The notes under the pieces are model-generated. The model had not been told where the DNA came from, searched no databases, and saw only the letters and a list, made by a program, of their open reading frames with translations. A DNA stretch of 64,000 nt from positions 62,001 to 126,000 of the forward strand of contig CT868507.1 of NCBI GenBank assembly GCA_000165425.1, in the 5' to 3' direction. Below, in pieces: positions 54,649 to 64,000 of the stretch. The first letter of the stretch is position 1, and every line of letters begins with the position of its first letter. The translations under genes were made by a program, and so were the position numbers. The stretch is from Paramecium tetraurelia (Eukaryota).

Positions 54649-55891
54649 TCATGCTTTAGCAATTCTTCCATTTAAGAAATCTAAGAATGGTGGAGTTTGG
54701 ACCACTTACAATGCCTTAGCTAAGACTGCTAATTCTTATTAGACAGATGACTAATGATATATAAGAATATAGATTTACCACAATATCATCATGAATTTTA
54801 AGATTGGCAGAATAATTATTATTTTCAGTTCTTAATCTATCTTAATAAGCTTTAAGATCAGCTTGTCTAGTTGAGATCAAAGTTTCAACATCAGAAATTC
54901 TAACTGTTTTATCTTCTCTTTCTTAATAGAAATCAGCATATTATTAATCAAATACTGCTTTTTCAGCTGTCAATTATGATCTTCTTAATTCATCTTATTA
55001 TTTTTAACTGTCTTCATCTTTATAAGCTTTAGTCAAGGCATCAAAGATATTCAATCTTAAACTATTCAAGAAATCACACATTTCTTTTAATACTTATCTA
55101 TCTTTGAAGTTGATTCCTTCTGTTAAATTAGTTAATGCTTAGATGAATGATGAATATTGATGTCCAAAATTCTCAGTATTAGCTTTGACTTATCTTAAAG
55201 CTTTGTTGACTTTGTGTTTCTATTCATCAGATACTTCAATGAAAGCAGCTCTAACTTCTCCACTTTTGAATAGATCAGTTAATAAATCTAATGCTTCATC
55301 TATATTTCTTAAAGCATCAGTAAATTCTGTTGTGGTCAATACAAATGAATCATGTTATGTATTTCTAGCTGCTTCAGCTTCTTTGAATGATTAAGTGTTG
55401 TCTGTTTATTTGGCTTTGAGTCCTAATAAGATCTATAATATGATAGTGATTATAATATACATCATCTAATTCATGCAATCTTGGAATCAATTCTGAATTC
55501 AATACTTTCTTTTCTCTATTGATATCAAATTCAGCTTGATTGGCTTATGAACTGAGTGAAATAACTTTAGCATTATGTTCACTTTCAACAACTTCCCATT
55601 GTGTATTTTCCAAATTCAATCTCTCTTCAATTTGACGACCAAAGGCTTTGACTCCCTCTACTAATGAATCTACAGCTCCAGTAACTCTCATTGTAACTTC
55701 AGCTAAATCAATAACCATATGTCCAATCTTTGATTATGTTAATTCATCTATTGAAGATTACACACCTGGATTAACATACGAATCCATCACACCTTAATTA
55801 CTATTTAAGTTAACCAATCTATAACTTACTTCGTAACTGTTGTTCCTGAAACTAAGAATAGTAACATCACTGCGCTATATAATCTTTTCAT
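54649..55891 (-). CDS. Second trichocyst matrix protein (TMP/GRL family) precursor
   Basis: Signal peptide; ELTQSKIGHMVIDLAEVTMRVTGAVDSLVEGV, EHNAKV, ELIPRLHEL, AAFIEV; three tiny introns; ends FLNGRIAKA-TGA. Confidence 0.8.
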
Positions 55892-56013
55892 TTAATTCGT
55901 TTTTGTAATTAATGATAATAATAAATTGTCATTAAAAAAACTTCTTCTTTATTTCAAATAGCTACTAGCAAATTGGATCTAAATCATTTTAGTTTAATAT
56001 TTTGAATTGAATT

Positions 56014-56343
56014 ATGGGTAGCACTTCTAATTCTCAATTAACTGAATTAAGAGATGAGAATGCATTTATTGGCCCTAAAGAAGTTCATTTGAAAAGAGAT
56101 TACTAATCTGAAAATTCTTAAACAGGAGTGGCCTTTTATATATAATTTAGAATTGAATCTTATAAAAACTTTAAATTCCAGGTAAGTAGTATCCCCTTGT
56201 TAGCATAAATATTAACTTGTAATTTTTCAAAATAGATACAATAAAGTCAATACAATAATCTGAAAATAAATTCTTATTTTAAAATCCTTTAAAGAACACC
56301 ACTTTATCAATTATTCACATAACAAATAATATTATTGATTTGA
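56014..56343 (+). CDS. Possible short or decayed gene
   Basis: MGSTSNSQLTELRDENAFIGPKEVHLKR is open in ciliate code to TGA 56341; the 3' half is very AT-rich and unconvincing. Confidence 0.3.
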
Positions 56344-57991
56344 GATTTGGGAGTAATTATTTTATCTTTAATTTTGATTTATTTATTTTAAGTTCGATTA
56401 GCACCTCACATCATTATTTAATTTTATTTATGTCATCTGATTGATAGATTCTCCATATATAAATGCAGTAAATTAGTAATATATATGATTGCAAAGTCTA
56501 TTACCATTATAAGTCAACTCTTACCATCACATTTCTATAGAAAAGCAGAATAGATTTTCAGTATCTTCAAATTTTTAAATCAACTTACTATAATCAGACT
56601 GATAATTTATAAATTTATAATTCAATACATCCACATTTTTCTGGCAAATCATAATTTAGAAAAATGATATCCTCATCCGATAAGCATATCAACAAAAATA
56701 ACATAATAGCTCATCATTTTTAGGCTCATGATCACAAGCCGCTATGTTTAACACTTAACTATCTCCTCAGGATTCAAATATTAAGAAATAATGGAATAAT
56801 TTACAATTTACAATATTTTGATTCCCATATTCACGAGTAATTTGGATAGATTAGGACAGCAGTAAATTATCATAGATTATTTTATATAATCAAAAATAAG
56901 AGTTTTAACAAATTATAATTAAGTATTAATAATAATATAATATTTTTTATATAATAAATAGTTTATCCATCATCACTCATGTTTAATAACGTATAATCAT
57001 CGTGTTGATTCTATTTTCAAATCCTAGCATATGATAATTATGAATACAACCATTAATTTATTCGGCTTTATGGATTAATTTAGACAGTATAAACTCACAT
57101 GCTTCAAGAATGGTTTCATCATTCGTATCTAATATCAAATATATCTAATAAAAAAAATCTTCCTTATGGTAGTCTTTTGAAAATGATTAGTACAACTAAT
57201 TCAACATAAATTACTAAACTACTATTTGAAAATATGAATAAATTTAAGTATGATCTGTGATTGTTTTATAGCAACCTCAAGAGTATATTGAATGAAAATT
57301 TGATGTTAACAGTGCTTCATTATGGATATCTAGTTAATTTATATGTGGATTTTACCTAAATTAGTTTAGAAGTAAAAAATTCCCTTTCAAAGATCCTAAA
57401 GAATATATTCTCATATAGATTTTGAAAAGTATTTACCATCTCAGATTTAGAGAACCTTATTCAATAGTTATTTATATTTATTGGGAAGATCAAGTCAAAA
57501 TTTTAATTTGATTCACAAATATTATAATACATATTGTTATTAAGTATCTGAAAGATATTGTCTAAATTTGGGAAGGTAATGTTAAATAAGTATTTATAGA
57601 AGGAATAATATAATATTATCAATTAAATATTAAATACTTATATCATTTCCTAATTACAATTCAAAACTAGGAGAAGGAATAATACAGAATAAGGTCTTAT
57701 AGTAACAACTATTATAAGAAGCAAGGTCCAAAAGGCATTCAAAAGTTGAGATCTGATCTTTTGTCTAGTAATTTGAGTCACCATAAACAAAAAAGGTTTT
57801 AGTAGTGAATGAGAGCATTAATTAGTATTAGAAAAACTAATTTATGCATTTTTTGATGATTCTCCATTCTATGTGGAGAGATATCATATGAATTAATGAT
57901 TCTACAATGGTTTAGGAAGAGAAATTAGATCAAAGGAAAATTAATTAGATTTTAAAAGTGTATTTATTGAAATATATATTATGATTTAGAG

Positions 57992-59444
57992 TCAAGCTTA
58001 CTTTTTATGAGGGAGAATGACTTTTTATTGATTTTAAACCATAACTTTTTTTGTAAAGATTGAGAGTTCATCCAAGCTTTTTTTAGAGATTCCATCAATA
58101 GATTATTTGGCAATCCTTCCTTTGGATATTCGTTCACAGCTCCTTTATTCTTCAATAGTTGTTGTGTTGAGTGACTTTCTAACTAGAATCTTCTTGATAA
58201 GTCTGTCAATGTTTTGATTATTATTATCAATCTCTTCTATTATAGTGAGACAAATCTTAGCAGATAATCGATTTGATGGGTCGATTTCAAGCATATAAGG
58301 CAATAAGATAAAGAGCTGGTCCATCTTCATCGAGTTGACTTCAGGATGCGAAGGTTGCTTCTTCAATTCGTAATACCCATCTTTGTTGATTTGATATACG
58401 GTTTATTTGGCTGATTTTGTATTAAACAGATTTTCTCCCGTTAATCTAAGTTTATATTGAATTTATTTATTACAATTTGTAGAGCAGACATCCAAGACTA
58501 TAGATGTCAGCTTTCTCATCATATTGTTTGTCTTTATTGTAATTGATAATCTCTGGAGCCATGTAGCCAGGAGTGCCTGAAGTGGGAAAGTTCAATTGGT
58601 TTTTGATTTTCCTTGCTAGGCCAAAGTCAATCAACTTGACTGTTTCTGCCTTCATGATATTGAGTGGATTGATGTCTCTATGCATTACTCCCTTATCATG
58701 GATATATGAAACTGCATCCAAAAGTTCCTAGAAATTAATTATAATAAGTGTTACTTTCATGATTTTGATGGTTTCTGCTATGGATAATCCATACTGTCTA
58801 CTTGAGAGTTCTGAATACAGGGTTCTGCCGTTGATGTATTCCATAATGATGTAATAATATTAATTGTCAGCGTAGGTTTCTTTGAGTTTGACTATGTTAG
58901 GATGGGATAGGGAAGATAAAAGAGAGAGTTCGTGAACTAATTAAGGCTAATAATATAATAATGATTAAAATTCTTACTATTCCACCTTCATGTTGGGCAA
59001 TTTTCAATTTATCGATCTTTTTGATGGCATAATATAAATTGGCATTGTCTGCGGCAACACATCTGTAGACAGATCCTGTCATGCCACTTCCCATTTCCAT
59101 TTGAAATTGATAAAAAGAAAGAATTGGCTGGTAAAATATTTTTCCAGCAATCATTTCTTTTAACAAGTTGAGTTTTGGCCCATAAACTATCTTGAAACCA
59201 TTGTTATATGTAAATTCGAAACCCACAATGCGTTTTTCCTCTAGAATCCATTTAATTGTTGTAGTGAGATTCATCTTGAGATTATACTTGGGTTATTTCA
59301 TGATATCCTAATCAATCTTGAACTACTTCATACATCAGTCATAACAAGTTCATCAGAGAACAAATACAAAGAATAGTTTTTATCTTTGAAGAAATGTTTT
59401 CTTGTGACTTGGACAGTGAAAAGTGCATTCTCATAGGGTAACAT
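57992..59444 (-). CDS. Ser/Thr protein kinase (CAMK-like) with N-terminal PH-like region
   Basis: MGSGMTGSVY, YAIKKIDK, MHRDINPLNIM, KLIDFGLA, GTPGYMAPE, DIYSLGCLL; several tiny introns; ends LPHKKQA-TGA. Confidence 0.88.
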
Positions 59445-59467
59445 TATTATATTTAATTCATAAGAAA

Positions 59468-62400
59468 TCATTCATTTTTTGAGATTTATTCAAAATTTAT
59501 AATCTCTCTTCTAAAGAAATACCAACTGCAACCTTTAAACCATTACTAACTCCTGTTTGTTAATCGACTACACAGAAATTTACAATCATCAAAATTTTTA
59601 ACCTGATTTTTTACACATTTGACAATTCTCTCCAACAAATGACTCTCTGAGGTCTTTTCATTAGGAAGATAGATCACTAAGAAATGGATTATCCATATCT
59701 AAATCAGTCTTTCTTGTTCTATCTAAGATAGAATGTTATACAACTCCAATTTTAACTATCCTAAATTAAGCATCATAATTTCCTGAAAACTCTCCTAATT
59801 TTCTTCATTCATTTTACTTTCGTAATATCCCGTATACATTTCATACTCATCCTTGATGTCATACAATTTCATCCAAGCATTAAATGTGTCTGTAATGTGA
59901 TTTAAACATTTCAGTGCCTTGATAATATGCATTTCCCCCAAACACTGTCTAACATATTGCTCATAATTATTCTCTTCCTTAATCCAATAAAAACGATAGA
60001 TAAATCTTTCATCAATATTGACTTGATTAGTCTAATATAATTACGGCTTATCCACCATATATTAGTCAATTATCTTAAAAATATCCTGGCGATCTTATTT
60101 TTCATGTTACTGCAATCCTATATGATTACATTCTACATCTTAAGAGAACTAATAATTCAAAAAATCACACAAATAATCAGTTAGCCCTCCCTAATCAAAT
60201 TTCAAAAATTCAAATTCTTCCAATCCTTTGGTCTTATTAATTTTCTATCTCTTTGAAATCAATCTCTTATCCCAAGATACAAAATAAGTATTGGTGCAAA
60301 ATGGAGTGCTGTTTTATTATTTATTTGAAAATATGATACAATTTATGTATTCATCATATGCAGTCTTATTTTTAAGTCTTCCTATAACCTCCAATCTCGA
60401 TAATCCAATAACGTTTAACGTCTTTTGTCTATCCTAATTACAATCCTCTACAACTATCAACTTCCCTTCCAAATATTAGACTTGATCATTCGGCTTTCTT
60501 ATACATATCACTTCTAATCGTAAATTTAATATAAATTCATTACCTCCCTCATTTAAAATTCCATATTAATCAACCACTCCGAACAGTCTCTCTGCCTTTT
60601 CGACTAAAATATTATACTTTTATTTTAATTATTGTATCTCTAATAATTTCAACTTCTCATACACTTTTTAAATAAACAAGCAATTTTTTTCATTCAAATA
60701 GTTTCTCTTCATCACATTGATTTATTCTATTATTGGGCTTAGTCCACATAGTTCACTTTTTAAGTCCAAAGAAACACTTCGTACGATAAATGCCTTTGAA
60801 ATTTATCCTAAATGCCCTAAAGAATTATTTTAGTTTCAAATTTTACAATTCAGTAATTAAATAAAGACATCTTCCTTAACACCCATCTAATAAAAAAGTC
60901 TAATTAATCCTCTATTCAAAAATGCTCCTCTATACTTATTATAATCTATTATTGTGATTTAATCATTAAAACTTGAAAATATCTTGTATTGCGAATTTAA
61001 TTAGATAATGTTATCTTTTAAATTGTTATTCAATTACAAAATATATTAAACCCCATTAAATACAACCTTAACAACTGAAATCTCCTAATTCATGAATATC
61101 TCCCTTATTTTGTCTATCAAATTTCTGGATATCTAGCCAAACTGACTAAAATTATTCTCATTGATTTAATTTCTTATAACAACGATAATAAGTTATTTGA
61201 ATTCTGTTGTTAGGCCATCAATAAAGAAATTCCGAAACCTAGATTTGACTTCTGCCTTCTATTATAAAGTCGAATTCTATTTGAAATTGGCCAAAATATA
61301 GTTATCTAATTCCTTATTTGAGACTTTATTCATCCATATGATATTTGATCTCAATTCTTTATTGTTCCACCCTAAAAATTTCCACTATTCAGAACAAATA
61401 GTAAAACCCTCAGTTAATTGGAGTTTAAAGAATTCTCCAAAATTCGATCTATTTTTCTTAATCAATTTTCCATTGTCATCTCTTAGGCTTAATTTGACAA
61501 AATTTTGATTTTGAAATACTGTAGTTAGTAATTTGGGTTTTTCTGGTTTACTTATCATAGGGATGTAGCCTGATGGAGTCAATCTAGCTTGTTTTAATAG
61601 AATAGGTCTCTAGAGGCATGCATTTTATTGTACCTAGCAGCTAAGTTCTTTAAGTTCTTTTTGAAAAATAAAGAGATTCCTATTATTTTGATCAGAAATT
61701 CGAATTGAACTTGACAAATTTTAACTCAATCTCATAAATGATTGGAAAACAGAATCAAGAATGTAATCCGAATTTTATTATTACTTGCACATTAAAATTA
61801 ACAATGTTTTCAAATGATGACAATCTATAATACGATTTTATGAGAGAATGCAAATGAAATTATATTTTTATTCAAAACTAAGATTACTCTTATCTAGTTG
61901 TTATTATAAAGTATCAAATTTGGAATTTCTTTCTGTTTATTTAAAAATATTGAGCTAAATTTTGCTATCATAAAGTATCATCTTCTATTTTAGTCTTAAT
62001 TATAATTAATTAAGTAGCCTTACTTCATTACATGATTTATAATTATTAAACTAAATTTCGATAATTGTGTTATTCAAGATTACAAACTTTTCTAATATAT
62101 TTTGATACTTTTGAAAATAAGTATTCAAATAGATGTTTTCAATTCTTGTCCATTAAGTCTAAGTATCAAGAAAATCAATTTTAGTTTTATCAAATAAAGC
62201 AGCACTACAAATTGGTGGATGATTTAATTTGAAATACAAATGAGTTTGATAAGCATTATTGACAATATGACAATATTCACAATTATTCAACTAAATTTCT
62301 ATTTTCAATTTAAGTTTCGCTACTATATTGATAATTATGATTATGCTTTCTTCCTGTTATGTTTGCTTATTATTATAAATTAAATAAGTCTCTAATTATA

Positions 62401-63326
62401 ATTTACCTAAATCTTAATACTAAAAATAAGGAGAAAGATATAATTATATTGGTTTTGTTTTGGGGATATCTAATTTCATTTGAATTAGATCCTCTGCAGT
62501 AATGTAAAGGAAGTTTAGATCTGTCACTTTGATGCACCTATTAAATTCATATTGTGACTCAGAAATGAATTCTTGATGTTCTTAATGTTCATTCAGAATT
62601 GGAATGAAATCTGAATGTTCTTAATGCTCAGTCAGAATTTCTGCTTATTGAAAATTGATTGTAACTGGCTGCGAATCAGGTTATATGTTGAAGGAATAAA
62701 ATTTAAGATTCATAAAGCATTCTTTTGTTAATTTAAAAGTTATTAATACTGAATTATTTTATTTCTAATCTGCTTCTTTTTGATAAATTGCTATACTATT
62801 AAACTCTTGAACAGATTGACAAGTTATTAATCGAGAAAGTGTTTAAATTAAATTATCCAGTTCTCTCGTATCAATTTCATTACCATAGCAAATATTGTAC
62901 TCTAAATCAGTTTAAGAATCCGGACTTATAAAGGCATAGTTAATTTCTGATTATTTGATTATCGAATCGCTTGTCTTATCTATATAGTCGTTAAGTAATG
63001 TTTCCAAAAAAGACACCTATGTATAATTATTGTAATTTGCATCTCCTTAAATTTATGCATTATTTTGGATGTTCTCTTCAAATTTAAATTCTACTTATTA
63101 GATCTAAATTTTTAATAGGTGTACATATATTTGATGATCAGGTAAAATTTCATTTAAAGCCAACTTAACTTTATCATAGATAATTGTAGCAGTAGTTGAC
63201 AACACTTGCTTATTTGTGATATTTTAGAGGCGGCATCTTACATAGTAGTCATTCTCGCTAGAAGGAGGGTGTTCCTTAAGATAAGAAAATTGAAATTACA
63301 AGAAAAGTAAATTGATTCTATTTCAT
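59468..63326 (-). CDS. Cellular RNA-dependent RNA polymerase homolog (~1267 aa) lacking the DxDGD catalytic motif (divergent Rdr3/Rdr4-type)
   Basis: RdRP motifs in order: HPPICS..WTRIEN, LSFEQKYNFICILSQ, RLTPSGY..FVKLSLRDD..LTEGFTICSEQWKFLGWNNKELR, AERLFGVVDQYGILNEGEV, YINCIIFS..PFCTNTYFVSWDKRLI. Introns of 25 nt (5' end) and 30 nt (60514-60543); spliced length 3804 nt is divisible by 3. Confidence 0.85.
62562..62639. repeat. 39-bp tandem duplication inside the RdRP-like gene
   Basis: gaaatgaattcttgatgttcttaatgttcattcagaatt / ggaatgaaatctgaatgttcttaatgctcagtcagaatt, encoding ILTEHQEHSDFIP-ILNEHQEHQEFIS on the minus strand. Confidence 0.8.
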
Positions 63327-63866
63327 ATATAATTATATGAAATTTTTAAATAAATTATTATCGTTAAATATATTAGAGAAATTAATATCTAGATTACTAT
63401 TCTATTTATTATCTATTTGAAAACTAAGAAAATAATTTATATGTTATGTATCAAATTGAATTAAAAAATAGAAAACAATTAAAAAAAAGATAGATGTCAG
63501 AGATTTATAAGGTTTTATTCTAATGAATTTATTAAAATCCTAAATTATAAATTCTAGATATTTCAAAATGAAATCCTTACCCAAAAACTCTCACAATTTG
63601 TTAAAAAATAAGATCTAAAACCTAGATTGGCATCCATACCTTTCATGAAAAGTGTACTTAAATAATTTTAGTTAATACCATTTTTACACATTTCTAAATT
63701 GAAACCACTCTTAACCGTAAAAATTAGTTTTTAATAAGTATTTTTATAATAAAATACTTTAACAAGTTATTTTATAATAATATTATTGTAAATTCATTAG
63801 AAGAAGCCAATTTTTTTAATATTTTTGGATTCATGAATTAATTGTTTCATTTTTGAGAATTTTTTT

Positions 63867-64000
63867 ATGTTAAAACATTTTGTGAATCATATTAGAAAAA
63901 TCGATCAATTTGGTGTTGTCTATTAGCCTAAGATCAAATACTCTACAAATGAATATAAGACTGCTGTAGGTGGAATAATGTCAATTATTCTTTATGGATT
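63867..64000 (+). CDS. 5' fragment of a ciliate transmembrane-family protein
   Basis: MLKHFVNHIRKIDQFGVVYQPKIKYSTNEYKTAVGGIMSIILYG, with a D-x-FG...Y-x-T-xx-GG-xx-SI start followed by a TM helix; truncated by the window end. Confidence 0.6.

Noticed and set aside
54475..54750. Short + strand ORF (MTKKKEPENK...)
   Set aside because: Its protein-like part is the antisense of the last exon of the trichocyst matrix gene ending at 54649.
59468..63326. Endogenous RNA-virus polymerase
   Set aside because: The motifs are of the cellular double-psi-barrel RdRP type; it has introns and uses the host code.
32135..63326. PgmL and the RdRP-like gene as a functionally clustered genome-defence locus
   Set aside because: They are ~24 kb apart with unrelated housekeeping genes between them; nothing in the sequence indicates co-regulation.

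Overview
AT-rich, very gene-dense ciliate DNA, most likely Paramecium macronuclear (somatic) sequence. TAA/TAG encode Gln, TGA is the only stop, and introns are tiny (20-30 nt), so the supplied standard-code ORF track fragments nearly every gene. Re-reading by hand in the ciliate code gives about 29 genes or pseudogenes. Housekeeping and structural genes: an EF-hand + EML5/6-like WD40 protein, a USP9X/24/34-like deubiquitinase, RIB72/EFHC1, CDC50, RPL23A, an Ariadne RBR ligase, FolD, two kinases, two trichocyst matrix proteins and two paralogous giant Cys-rich multi-TM surface proteins. Highlights: (1) a domesticated, apparently catalytically dead PiggyBac transposase (PiggyMac-like, 32135-35144); (2) a full-length cellular RNA-dependent RNA polymerase homolog lacking the DxDGD motif (59468-63326); (3) three decaying genes (RPB3, SCP2, Rab), with the SCP2 copy carrying a 46-bp TA-bounded IES-like insertion. 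Gene models are manual; family assignments come from motif recognition, not database searches.
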